A stretch of 64,000 bases of DNA from Catajapyx aquilonaris (Eukaryota): assembly GCA_000934665.2 (NCBI GenBank), contig KZ538331.1, forward strand, positions 1 to 64,000. The letters run 5' to 3'. A program made the position numbers and the translations under genes. The notes under the pieces are model-generated. The model did no database searches and was not told the DNA's origin. It saw only the letters and a program-made list of their open reading frames with translations. Position 1 is the first letter of the stretch. Every line of letters starts with the position of its first letter. Positions 39,004 through 52,373 of this stretch are shown in pieces.

Positions 39004-41856
39004 ATGAAGTGCGAAATCGCGGCGGACGGCGTCAAAGGTTGGTACTCTGCTCACGGTGGCACATCAGACAAGAGCTGGAATTAATTTTGCACTTGTTTTC
39101 ATGCCTTGACATTGGCTGATGCAGTGTTTGCCAGGGCCATTCACTGCCTGGCCAAGTTCGGAAATGACCTCTACATTGAACCCCTTCCGGATGCCCTCAG
39201 CATCAGGTCTGTGAACCAGGCCCACTCGGTCTATGGATGTGTGGACTTCTACCCATCCTTCTTCACGTCGTACAGCTGTGCAAGTCAGGCTCAGACTGAC
39301 AGTGAACTGGAGGCTTGCAAGTGCAAGATATCCATGAAGGTATGTAGCATGTGGTGAGAGGTATTATAATATCTGCCAGATGACCTTTCAAATATGATGG
39401 TGCCGTAACTTCTGGAACAAAGAGTTGGGGTTCATGCTGGTCTCGGCCCTTTTTGTCTCTAGATGACATAATGTGGCTGATGAATTGCTGTAACAAGTAA
39501 CATTAATGTGAGATAAGTCTCCTTTTCTACCTCCTAAGAGAATTACATGATTAGGCCCTAGTTCGGGCATTGTCGGTTGCTTACCCATGGGTTATTTTTA
39601 TTCTTCTGCAACCATCGAGATATTTTTTTCTTAGTAGTTAACTCAGGGGTAGTTTATCTGCAATGTCCAAGCTCAGGTCTGTAGAGCTAATTCTTCACTG
39701 CAACGCAGAATGTGACATGGGGAAGTTCGTTAATCCATTTTTTCCCTTCCCAGACAATGTTGAGTGTGTTCAGATCAATTCCTGTATTGGAGAGAAATGT
39801 TCAAAGCTGCTGCTTGGAGCTAGCTGATGATGCAGTCCATTTGATAGTGACAGTCAATTGCAAGTACGGCGTTACAACAAGGCATAAATTGCCTTCTATA
39901 GAATCAGAATCTGTCAAGGTAATCTCTTTGACATATTGTCATTATTTTCAGGTACTGGGCAGTGGTGGGAAACAAAAAAAAATATCATTTTTTTGAAATA
40001 TTTATGCAAGCTCTGGCACACTGCAATATGCACTTACTTTCAATATAACCTTTCAAATTCTGCATCAATTTTCCGCAGGTAGTGTACTCAAAAAATGATT
40101 GCACTGTACGAGTTAAGGCATCAGCTCAGTCTATCAGCCACATCATGAGCAACATCCCCGAGAAGTCGGCTGAAGTCACCTTTGCTGCAACGCCAGACCA
40201 ATTTAGTTTTAGCAACTATGTTGAACATGACCCTGGTAAGTTACTTATACAGTTGAGAATGATGATGTTGCTATCCAAATCTTCCCCAATCAGATCCAGG
40301 AAAAGTAGTGCACTCTGAACTAGCAGTCCAATCGAAAGAGTTTGACGAGTACAAGATCACAAGATCAGCACGTGTAACGTGCTTCCTCAAGGAAATCAAA
40401 GCAATTTTGCACTTCAGTGACTCTGGAAATCTGTCAGTTGGAATATGTTTTGAAAAGGCAGGCCGGTGAGCGAGCAATTTTTGATGCAAAATACATTACA
40501 TTGCCTGCTAAGAAATAATAATGCTCTTTAGGCCACTAATCTTCACCGTGGAATGTCGTCCAGACTTTGAGGCAAATTTTGTGATGGCTACTTTGGCCGG
40601 TAATGAAGACTCTCAGGATGATGCAAGCACCGTAGTGTTAAGTGAGAATCGGCAACTTTCAGGACCTGTGGCATGTGCTACAACTGAAGATGTTCAAGAA
40701 GAGAGAGAGGGTGAGAATAATTATGGCTATTTAAAATTCAGTAGATTTTCATATGATAATATATGCTCCCTGTAACATTTTTAGACAATGCTGCTGCCTT
40801 GACTGAAGCAGAAGACCTTGAAATGCAGGCTGAATGGGATCCAGGTAGGCCAATATATATTTTATGCTTATCTGATCTAGGAAGGGTCTTCTGCAGTTGT
40901 AGTTTATTCCTTGCAGGGGAAACTGATCCTGCCCCTGTGTCAAAAAGACAAAGAACAGGCAATCCAGAAGAGCTTTGTTCCCACGATAACAGACGTAGCA
41001 TGAGTAAGATTTGGTTAGCAAACTACCTTAACTCTTTCGTTGCTGTGGTATGTGTGATTGTAATACCATCTTCTATACAGGTACACAGGAAAGTGGTGAC
41101 CAAGAATTGGTCAATGTCACTGGAGGCGTACCTATTATTATGGAACAAATGCAAATTATTGCTGGTGGGTCATTATCTTCATCTTCAGCAAAGCCATCTG
41201 AAAATGGAGAGGACATGTCTGATGATGATACACAAATCCCACCTCCTGCCATGGAATCAATTGAGAAGAGTGCAGGTATGTGACAACAACCTGTACAATA
41301 ATTGTAGGAAGATGATGGCAATTGCCAGCATTTTCACATCAGATAACATGACTCCATTGGCCAAAGGCTAGGAAAATTTCTGGAGACCAAATTGGTAACC
41401 TAACTTCGACATTAGAGTTTATCCTAGAGAAAGTAATGGTCAAGAATGGGCTGCTGCCTCATGCAGCATATCTGACAGTAGAGCAGATTCAGATTAATGC
41501 AGGTGTGTAACATGCTCATTGTGTATTAATCAATATTTTGTTCAGTGTGTAATTCTTCAGGTACGCAACCTGCTGAAAATGGCGAGCAAGAGTTGCCACA
41601 AGATGAACCTAATGATGATGTCACACCACACGTTATCCAGAGCCAGAGTTCAAGCGTAGGAAATGCAGACTATGAAGATATGAATGGAGATAGGAGCTTT
41701 GAGCATTTTTTCCAGAATATCAGCAAAGAAGAAGAAATTGAACCTCCTGAACCTGGAGCAGTTGTTGAGGATTCATCTCTTGATGGATTTGAGTCCAGTG
41801 AAAATGGCATTGATTTTTCTGAAAGTGAATTGCTTATGAACCACAAAGTGGTATGA
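39004..41856 (+). CDS. RAD9: Cell-cycle checkpoint clamp protein RAD9
   Basis: MKCEIAADGVK|VFARAIHCLAKFGNDLYIEP..LSIRSVNQAHSVYG..F.PSFF, CKISMK, CKYGVTTRHKL, VTCFLKEIKAIL, FEKAGRPLIF, ANFVMATL and an acidic tail. Tail exon structure is less certain. Confidence 0.88.
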
Positions 41857-43201
41857 CCTAATTAGCTGCCCATGTACAAAATAAGTGCTATATTTTTTCA
41901 TATGTATGTACTAGAAATGATCTGTCATTAAAATATTAGTTTAAAAACAGAATTTTTCTCATTCATGGAGTTATGCAGCTAGTAATTTATTTAGTTATAT
42001 AGTAGTCATGGACAGCCTCATTACCTGGGGCAAAACTCGAAACAGTGGGCAAGCTTGATTTCTGTTTATTTTATCTCCCTCATTGTTTTCCTCAGATTTA
42101 ACTACTGTGGCCTGTAATTTAAAACCAGAATTTTTAACCTCATATGTGAATATTGTCCAGAGAGTGTCCGTAATTATCAAGCCAGATGGGAGCAGAACAT
42201 GGAATAAGTTTTGACGAAGTGCCTTGGTGTGGGTTACTGATAGTTGGTAAGAATCCTCTTGAATACCCATTGTTTTCTGTCATTCTCACCAACATCTCCC
42301 AACCCCATAGTCCTTATGGCATCTGGCGGTGGTGACATGTGGGAAAAACTTTCCAGCTCTGAGGTGTTATTCATGGGATACTGATCATACATTCATACTG
42401 TTGCAGTACTTGTTTATATTCATAATGTTGCTTAATTGCTGGGCTGCATCACCCACCACACTGACTCATAAGCACACATGGTGCATTGACGATTTGATTG
42501 GCGATGTCATCCTTATAGTTATTCAAGAGGGTTATAAGTGATTTCGATGAGGAGGGGTAGTTATAACAAGTTAATGTGGTTGTGCAGATTTTTAGGCAGA
42601 TTTTTCATTCAAAAGGGTATTGCAGTGTCCCACGTTCCACGTCAGGAACACCACGATGAATTAAAGGCACCGGACAGCTTTAAGATGTATATATTCTTCA
42701 CACATGAACAGATAAACATCTGATCTCTCGAACAGTCACTCAACGACTCCCCGTTCCAAACAGTCCCACATATCAACACTGCTCCCTTAACAACGGTTTC
42801 CAGAACAATCCTCCTGACAACAATGTTGCCAGGACCCGAACCACTACAGTATAATGACTCCATATTGTACAGTACCTTACCAGCCTCTGGATTTGTGGAC
42901 TTGGGTAGTGCACCACCCTGTATGTACTTCCGGCCAAACATGCACGTTTCTGATAAGCATATGCCCCAAATAATCATCGGGCAGGACCCTTTGTTTCGCG
43001 TGCTTTGTTTGTACCCCGCGCTTTCCCCCCAGCGCAGTGGCGAGATGGCGAAACGAAAATGATGTCGAAACGAGAGTTCGTTTATATTTCGATCGGGTTC
43101 GCGATCAGAGAGCAGCCAGCTGCCAGCCAGCTGGCACTCCCCGAGTTGAAGTTCAGAAGTGGACTCGTGTTGAATGACTCTTCAGTGTTGAGTCTGCGAA
43201 G

Positions 43202-45757
43202 ATGGCGGCCGGTCGGTGTTTGCTGCTGGCGGGAGTCCTGCTCTCGGCCGTGCTTTGGAGCTCGGGGGCGGACGAGGAGATTGCGGACAAGGCCGTAGCT
43301 AAGGCCAGGGTTGAGGTACGTATGTGGTGTCCGCAGCTGACCGGAGAACAATCCCTGCAAGGTGTACCTTCATATTGCCCAGTACTTGTGAATGCAGCCT
43401 TCCATCTCACAGTCAGCAGTCTCACTCCCGTGAATACGTGTCCAATGATGTGTACGAATGGGAATTTGGCTGAATGACAGTTTCATTTGAACTCGAACGA
43501 TACGTTTCCGCTACTGCACATAGGCATTTGGGGGAAACCCAGTTTCCAACAGATCGGTGTAATTCTTATATTTATTACAACAGATTCATGCGCCAATATA
43601 CATTTTAAAACTAAAGCATCCTTGGGCATGTAACAAGGCACCACTAAATTGAGCTGCACTCGTTGCATGCACTAGTCATGCGCAGAGCTCCGTGCATGCC
43701 AGTGTGGCCAATTAGAGGGAGGTGATGCCATGACAGTCGTACATGCGCGGGGACACCTGGTGGCTTTGACTCACTTTTTGTTTTGCTTACCTTAACACTA
43801 GTTTGGTGATATGCCTGAGGAAAAATTTTAAAATTTGTGATATTATTGGAAAACTGTCAACTAACAGAATTAAAAAAAATAAAAATCATGCTTGCAGATG
43901 CAAATGCTGACAAGTATTTGTAGCAAGTCCATTTTTGCACTAATTCTGGCTTATCAAAGTTGTGTCAAATATTGTCAAACTCATGATTGTGTATTTAATT
44001 CTCCGTAACTGTTCAGTGGTGTGCCAAGTAAATTCCACCCATATCAGCTTTAGCAAGTGACCCTTTAGAAATGTGCAAACATTGTTGCAGAATCCACACA
44101 AATTGGATTCCGGCAGCCATATCATCGATTGTCTCCACTCAGGGTAAATTTTACAGGAAAAAAATTCCTCACATGCCATTTTAGAGTTAGAATACGTGGC
44201 ACATGATTTCATGAGCTTCCCCCCCCCCCCNCCACCCCTGGTGGTGGTATATTGCGTGCACATGTGTCCTCTATATGGCATATCACACACTGATAAAAAC
44301 ATGCAAAGGAAATGTGGAGCTTGAATTGTGCGCGCATCAGCCTAAAAGAGGCCAGTGGAGGTTACAAGGTCATGCTTCTGAAGTATTAACCATGATATGT
44401 TTCTGTCCCTCAGCAACATTTTGCCTCCATATCAACAGTGATAACAAACTGCCACATGAGATTCTAAATATTGCACATCCTATTCCTAATCTCTTTCAAA
44501 TGGATCTATACTGCATCAGGATTGAATTTGAATTGTAAGCAGTTTTGGTTCAGACAAGTTGCATGGATAATTATACTGTAGTACTTTTACAGTAGTATGC
44601 AATAAAACTAAGGGATTTGCCTGATTTTTCTCAAGCCCAAAATTTCATGTTTCTCCTGCTCTACCCCCTGCTGCCCTTGGACAATTGTGATAACTGTGCT
44701 GGAGGGTCTTTTCAAGGTCATGTGAGGGTGAAATATGACAATGAAATACCTGTAGCCTTAAATCTAAGCTCCATGAGTTCCTCAAACAATATTAATTTCT
44801 GTCATAACTTGTGCTTGTATGATTTCAAATTGCACCAATATGCAGATTTAAAAATTGAGGCATATCCCAACCGGAGTTCGTTTTGAGAAAAGTGGCTTTT
44901 TGTGTTTTGCTTTACCATGCAGCTGAAGCTACGGACAAATATTACAAGTGGAATATGTGAGCTTTGATGTGTCCCAAATCATTTGGTACATCAGCACATG
45001 AAAGGTAGATGGAAGGAGAGTACTACAACACTTCTAACTCAAAATTTGAGGTTGGTTGGGGTATGTCGTTCTTCCTCTGAGCGCCTAAACGGTTTAAAAT
45101 GCCTGATACCATCTCCAGGGTTAACATTTCACTATCTCTGTAATGATGCTGAAATAACCCAAGTCTACCAGGGTAATTTTGCAAAAGGGCATATTTCCCA
45201 CCACCCTGTAAACAAGTTTAACTCTTTTGATCCAGATGCTCAAGGTTATTTATTAGTTTCTTAAAAAATTTTTCAAATTCAAATAATAACAGTTGCTATT
45301 TTCCATTTTCAGAGTTGTGGAGGATGACGATTGAATAGGCTCCCCGAGGTGAAGCAATTCATCTTCGAGGACATTCCCTTATTGTATCCTTATCATTGCA
45401 TTAGCAATGTCATAATCTGATGCTATCTTATCATGTGTATCAGTCCTTGACCATTTTTACAGCCATAATGTAGTCTTCAAATCAAGTCCAGGAGCTCCTC
45501 CTGAACTAGTCCTGCTCAATGCAGATGATCAGGTAATTCTGAAATCATCAGTGCTATTCCTGGAATTATTATATTTACGAACTAATTTTTTTCCCTTTGT
45601 TCTTTAGGAGCTGGAGCGCCTGGATATCTCTAAATTAAATCGTGAGGAGTGTAACAAGCTTCTCCTCAAAAAGGGATTTTATCGGAAGAAAGAGGAGAAG
45701 GAGGAGGTGCCTGAATCACACAAGGAAGGTCCTTACACAGAGCGTGAAGACCTTTAA
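43202..45757 (+). CDS. SELENOM: Selenoprotein M (Sep15/SelM family), in-frame UGA = Sec
   Basis: Exons 43202-43315, 45313-45383, 45463-45532, 45608-45757: signal peptide MAAGRCLLLAGVLLSAVLWSSG..AKARVE|SCGG(TGA)RLNRLPEVKQFIFEDIPLF|HNVVFKSSPGAPPELVLLNADDQ|ELERLDISKLNREECNKLLLKKGFYRK...TEREDL*. Confidence 0.93.
45384..45462 (+). other. U12-type (minor spliceosome) GT-AG intron
   Basis: 5' splice site GTATCCTT; branch site TCCTTGAC ~10 nt before the AG; splicing restores the SelM frame. Confidence 0.88.
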
Positions 45758-45863
45758 AGATCCAAAGAACTTCCAGTAAAATTGGCTATTCCACAAGGAC
45801 CAACTCAAGCTTGTCTATGCTCCTGAACTTGTTTACCGCCCAAATTGTATTCTTGACCGAAGA

Positions 45864-45936
45864 CTGAACATATATGACGCGGTGCACTCAAATGGTGTAA
45901 TAAACCGAGGTGCTCAGCTGAAGCTTTTTAGTTCAG
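45864..45936 (+). promoter_or_regulatory. SECIS element (type II-like) in the SelM 3' UTR
   Basis: Helix I CTGAAC/GTTCAG; core ATGAC (45874) ... TGAA (45919); helix II GCGGTGCACTC/GAGGTGCTCAGC; unpaired AAA (45890-92); apical mini-stem GGT/ACC. Confidence 0.85.
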
Positions 45937-46611
45937 ACTTTGGGCAAGGTCAGTTTTTTGTGGTTGGAAATAACTAGGAAGCATGGTTAGGCTTGAGAAT
46001 TTTATTTTATTTTTTGAAAGGTTTATGCTTCCTACATTGTACACGTTTTCCAGGGAGTTTCCCTCGTCAATGAGGACATTATTTTTTTATGTGTAATAAA
46101 GGGGTTCAATGATCTAAGTTACATTCATTTTCATATTGGCACGTACAATAAAGTTGGTCAATTACCATTTTTACACCACAACTACATTTTTATTCACCTG
46201 ATTTCTCTCCTGGTGTGTATTAACATGGGAAAAGTCATCCAGAGCTTGATACTGTTGCATAATGCATCAATCATCAAGCAATTGAGTAAATGGATGAAAA
46301 TAAATTGACTTTGCATTTCACCCCATCCTAGTATTTACATCTCACAATGAAGAAAAAATGACACCATTTCTGAATGGAAAAAACCAGCACCTTCCATTGT
46401 ATATTTTCCCACCTCCACATTGGAATGGCGGTTGATCAGTCTGTACGTTTCACAAACACAAGCTGGTTACACCACCGGAAAAAAAAGAGGAACATTTATC
46501 TGCGGTATGAAAACAATGACAGGCTATTGGGATCCCTAGTCGGCTGAGTTGTCACAGACGTGGCACAAGTGTTCCTTTGTGACATTGCTTCATGTTGTCT
46601 TCTTCACAGAA

Positions 46612-47675
46612 TTATGCAATTAACAGCCAAAAGATAAAGAGCAGGGCCACCCAGAGGAACACTTTGGACAAAAACTGTTCTTCTTGGTGGTGGGCTGTTC
46701 CAGGAGGTGCTGAAATGATACAAAACGCAGTTTTTGTGGTCATTGTAAGTCATCCCCTAATTTGAAAACATTAATCGGCTCTGATGAAAGATAGCATCAT
46801 TGAACATGCACCCTTATAATTATCTCTCTACTTTGGTCACCCCAGTGTCTTAGAAGTAGCTTTATGCCACTTATCATCACAACTTGTCTTTGAAGTAAAC
46901 TAGAGGGATATTAATAGCAAAGGTATTTTAGAGTTATGAAGTCATCAAGACCTGAACGATACCATTAAAGTGTTATTTAAGCCATGTTTTTGACTGACCA
47001 AAGAGTGAAGACGTGACATGTGAATGCCCACTACTAAATTTTTACCCCTGCAGGGTAAATTACAGCTGGTAGTTCACAAGATGTTACTTGTGATCATGGA
47101 AAAACCTTAACTATAACATGTTACATCAGATAGGGAAAATTCCCTTCATTACGTACGTAACCAGACCTTGCCTGACAACATTCGATTCTCATGGCCTTGG
47201 CAAAAATACTTTGAACTAGCAATGTTATGGCCATAGCAACACCCATAATTTATATTTCCCGCGTCATTTTTAAAATGCCTCAGTAGCTACCATACTTGAT
47301 CCAAAAGGTATCACACCTTCTGGGGAAATTATTAGCGTGGCACTGAGAACTCCTATGAACATGATCTTATTGAACAAGCAGAAATAATATTGGAGATCCA
47401 GTGCGGCATGGTGGTGAAGTGATTATCTCCACAGCCTTCCACCTCTGAGGTCTAAGTTTTATCTCCAGATTTGACAGAGGTATTTCTCACATGGAAAGAG
47501 TTTCACAATAGGTTCTCTCCACGTTCACAAGATTTTTCTCAGGGTTCTCATATTTCCTCCTGCAGTAAAGTCGTCAGAAGTCCAGCAATTAATAAAAGTG
47601 GGAATTTAAAAGAGGATGTCCTAAGGGGCCACAGGCTTACCAGGGGGTAACAAATTATTGTTATTGTTGTTGTTG

Positions 47676-47728
<53 letters not shown>

Positions 47729-50700
47729 GAGAGAAATCCATCTGTACAACCCAGGAAGAAAATTTGTGACTTCAGGAGTGGAAGATTGTGGAGCTAACCA
47801 TCTTGCTACCTCAAAAACTCACATTTCGCTAGAAGATATTTTCATAAATCACCTCTTGAATTAAATGGCAAAGAATGCCAACTCACCTGCACTGGGCCTT
47901 GCATCTCCAAAATTAAATGTGGAAGTGAAGAACCCAAAGGGAAAGGCACCGATTCCAAATGACATATGAAATCCACCATCAGCAAACCCAAATCCAGGAA
48001 AACCCTGAAAATATTGAGGTTTGTGAGCCATAACAAAAATTTGTGCCATTATTAATTTTATTTTTAAAATACTCACCCCATTATTCTCTGGTTCAGACCT
48101 CTGCCCTGCAGGTCTTGGAGGAATCTTGTTCCTAGGGTCTTCTTGGTCAGTTCGACCTCTCCCGTAAAGTGGAATCACCTTTTCTTTACTTATGGCTGCT
48201 TTACATACTGGACATACTTGTCGGTTTGGCCGTGTCTCCAGCCACTGGTGCAAGCAGGGCCAGCTGCAAATAAGATTTGGCATTTTAAGTGGTTTAAGTA
48301 TCCCATTACTTAAAACTATCTTACACAAGACAATGATTTGCTTCTAATTAACATTGCAGATCTCACTTCTCAGGGTTCTCTACAGTTAAGTTGGCCACAC
48401 TAACTTTATATGCAAGTATCATGTCAATCTCTGCAAACTACACGTTTAAAACTATTAAAACTGTCCATACTTCTCACATCATGTTGGTCTAGTTTTTACA
48501 AATATCTTTCACATCAGTCTGGTAAAATCAATGTAGTGGAGGTGTGGAAATTCCCAAAATAATTATACCTGGCTCAAGCATTTTACAGTGAATTGGTGTA
48601 TGGAAGAGCAGTGAGCAGTCAGTCTCAAAGGTATGCCAGTTGTTCCATGAAGAATGAGAGGGGCCTGACAATTCCCATTGTGAGGACCCTCTCATTGTTT
48701 ATGAGACCTTTATGAATCCCTTCAAACACTATGAATCATCCTCAAGTACAAAAGGCTTTCATGATTTATTTTGGTACCTTAAACATGGATTCACTTGCTG
48801 AGACTCAACAACATATGGCACTGGATGAGCTACAGCTTGCCCCTACAGTTAGAGATCTGGCAAATCATGTGTCATTACTAGCTTTTAGGTGGAATATTGG
48901 AAGCTGAACTATATGCTAGCATGCTCCATGTTATTCAAATTGACTTTCTGGAAACGCCATTTTCCTCTACTTCAACTCACCATAAAGGTCATTTATAGAC
49001 CGAAAATGGGAAGAAGGCGGATAGGTGCCCTGGGCCAGATATCTACTATTTTTCTATACAATTTCTGTCAATTGAGGCATTATCGAGGGCACGCTGCCAC
49101 AGAATAAGTGTCAACATGTCCAATCCTGCTATGCTGCATCCACAATTTTTTTGTGGTCGTAGCCATTGGCTCTGATTGATTGTGAGGCTAAATGAGAGTC
49201 TATCAGGTTCGAACGTAGGGCGGGAAGTGGGGGAAGGCGTCATTGCAATGGGACGGGATTGTTGGAGGGGGCAACAAATGCCTTTTATTGTTGTGCAAAC
49301 AATCGGTAGGCTCAACAGCTAGAGCTGCAGAGCCATCTGCTTGACCGTATTTTTTATACTGCGCCCCCTTAACAATACGGCCTCCACCATCACAGGCCAC
49401 ACGCGTAGAAACAAGCGAGCGGCTTTGTAGGCGCACGAAGCGAGGGTTTTTCTAGTTGTGTATTTAAAATTATGGCACATTATATCAAATGCAGCTGACA
49501 GGGAGTATAATATTCATATGACACCATTAATGCCAAAACACAGTCCTCGGCATTCTGAATCTGTCTTACACTTGCACTGAAACACACGTGCATCATTTGT
49601 CACACATTAATGGCATTTAATGGTCTGGTGTTGACTCTACCTATCACAACAGCCTTTCTGATAGAACAATCCATGCTGATTGGCAAGTTCTATCTGGTTG
49701 CATTTAAAAACAAGCACATGACCCCAATTTATTGTATTTTTCAACAGGAGCATACGTTATTGAATGCAGACTTAAAATGTTTAAGAAACCAAATAAGTTC
49801 ATCCAAAGAAATTAAAACTACAAGAACTGAAATTACAACAACCTGTGAAAAAAAAATTGAAAGCATCATTTAATCAATTGCAACATCATCAAATGTTGAA
49901 AGCAACTGGGCTGCAAAACGTGACACTATCTATGTTGCAACACTATGTGACGCTTTAAAACGCTGTCTCCTAACAACTGAGGGCAAAAGTGCATTACATA
50001 TGTATAGCACAGTAACTTCAATTTACATTGCCCAATGTCAACAGTAGATTTGACAGGAAAATGTGACTCACGTGACCTTCAATGATAGGGTATAAGTTCT
50101 GTAGTTTATTAATAAATAAACTCCACATAAAGGAGGTCATGTGAATGTGCTGCCAAATAATGAAAACCGGAATGCTTTTCTTCTTGATATTTCTTGAATA
50201 TTAGACAACACTACATGGTAAGCTGAGTTGGTATTTGCATATTCACTAGCCCGATACATTGGTGTAGTAACTAACACTTCCTCTGCATAATGTAGAAAAT
50301 GAAGTACTGATTTGCCTTTTGTTAACCCTGCAATAAATGCAATGTAATGCAAAAGATTTACCAATGGTAGCCTGGTTACTCTGAGGGCCTCGCAAGGACG
50401 ACAGGTTTTTGTGGCACAAGGCAGAAGCAAGGCATACTATCATAAGCAAAAAGATGAAGATGGTTGGTTGCGGGTTTCCTTTCTTTTTTTGCAAGTGCGG
50501 AAGCAACTAAAACCTCAAGGTATATTAACTTATTTTCCGGTGTGACTTTGGGTATATGTTGCAGTAGTGTCCTGATACAAACATTCCTTGCATTCCGAGA
50601 ACTTGAGTTCATGCCATGAACAGTAGTTGTCTCCATTTTTTTGTGCCTAAGATGGTACCACCTTCCCTGGCTTCTGTCACTAAACAGTCCTACATGAGTA

Positions 50701-51042
50701 ATTTTAAATGAGGCATCGAGTAAACATAAAATACTAGCTTAGTGTCAAAAACTGCCAACAAAAAAAAAGACCGCTTCAACTGAAATTGAGTGAGGGCATG
50801 CTGTGACGATCCCTGCCTCCACTCCAAACATACCAGAAGAGATGTCCACACATGCTGACAACAGCATCCTTGGCGGTGTCCAAGCATATGTTGCACTCAA
50901 AGGCCGGGTCGTCCTTCTTCTCCTCCCCGTCTTCCCCTCCGTCCTTCCTCTTCCCATCCTGCTGCTCCCCCGCCGGCCCACTGCCAGACGCCCCAGCAAA
51001 CTGCCCTGCCGCACACTCCCCCGCCGCACTGGCCTCTGCCAT
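46612..51042 (-). CDS. RNF185: ER-membrane RING E3 ligase RNF185/RNF5
   Basis: [86 protein letters not shown]-terminal [25 protein letters not shown]. Confidence 0.95.
47655..47728. repeat. (TTG)n(TTA)n microsatellite
   Basis: Visible trinucleotide run in an RNF185 intron. Confidence 0.95.
49330..49456 (+). mobile_element. Possible Helitron-like 3' end
   Basis: GC-rich GCGAGCGGC..GCGCACGAAGCGAGGG followed by TTTTTCTAG|T. Confidence 0.3.
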
Positions 51043-51163
51043 CAAGTCCTCTCAATGTAATTCCCACTCACCGCCACACACTCACCAACTCATTCCCACG
51101 CTGAACGCTGCACTGCCACATAAAAACAAAGCAAAATTGGTAAGTAACACGTCACCTAATGTG

Positions 51164-51194
<31 letters not shown>

Positions 51195-52373
51195 CAACCC
51201 ACGTAATACAGCAACAAGAGTGACGATGCGAGTGCAACAGTGCGACATTGTTACGTCAGATGCAATACAGTATGCCAGCTGGCATGACTCTGCCAAAATT
51301 TGCATTTCACGGGGGTGGTGAGCAACAATGGTCAACTGGTGACCAACTCTCACCGGCAATGGGTCGGACACAGGTTGCTACCACAACAGAGACACGATCC
51401 GACGAGTACTTGTTGTCCACAGGTACGCAGGAAGAAGGGTGATGGGCCTCCATCCATCACCTGACTCTGGGGGTCAACTCAGAGCCTTGCTTTGCGTCAT
51501 ATAGTGGAAGGGCAGGGCGAAGGGTTGGGATCGATGCGGGGTATTTCGAGGGGGTGTATTTGCCAGTGCTCAAGGGGGTCATGAAGGGGGGTCTACAGTG
51601 CTTTTTTCGGGGGTACGAACCAGAATTTGGTTTGCTGATTTGATTTCGAGGTGCGGAAAGTGCTGCCACCTGTTGGAAGTTCATTTGAGGCGGGAGGTTC
51701 AAGGCGAAAGGGACAGAAATAGGAACAAAAAAAAGGCGAATTGCAGCACAGTGCGGTGTTAGTGCAAGAAAATATGTTTCTTACATAAGTTGTTTATGGG
51801 ATGTACATGGTACATCCCGGGTACATCCAAGCAAGAGCTAATACAAGACAAAAAAAGTACATATACACAACCCTGCGTATATTCATGTGCAATAGCAATA
51901 GGGCAATACCACGGTCATATAAGGGCAATACCAAGAGGACATTCACTCATGATAATCAGTACAAAGTGGCTATACACATTTCGTACATTTAATGCGCGTT
52001 TCCGGCAGTACTTGCTGCGCAGGGTAGATGGCGTGCGGTGCCGTTCTGTGGGAGGACGTGGAGGCAGAGCCCGGGAAGGGAGAAAAAATAGCGAGGTCAG
52101 TGCAGCGAATGCAGCGGCAGCAGCAGGTGGTCAACGCGCCACTGCAATTTGCCCTCTCTTGCAAACCCACTGCTGCAAGGGCTCCTAGCAGGACAAGCCC
52201 CCTGCCCATCACCAGCCAAAGACACACACGTTGGGTGACAATGTCGGTGACATCACCGGACAATGCCATTCGATCGGATCGGGTGCCAACAATCGGCGGT
52301 GAAAGTGGATTGACAGGTTTGCCAGCCATCAAGCAGTCTATATACTAGATCTCTCTATTTCGAGCACCGGACA

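Noticed and set aside
41900..43000. Short ORFs between RAD9 and SelM
   Set aside because: No recognisable motifs or consistent splice structure.
45325..45327. Premature stop implying a SelM pseudogene
   Set aside because: The TGA aligns with the CxxU Sec position, downstream exons are intact and a SECIS is present.
47658..47864. Poly-Leu signal-peptide-like ORF
   Set aside because: Translation of a TTG/TTA microsatellite in an RNF185 intron.
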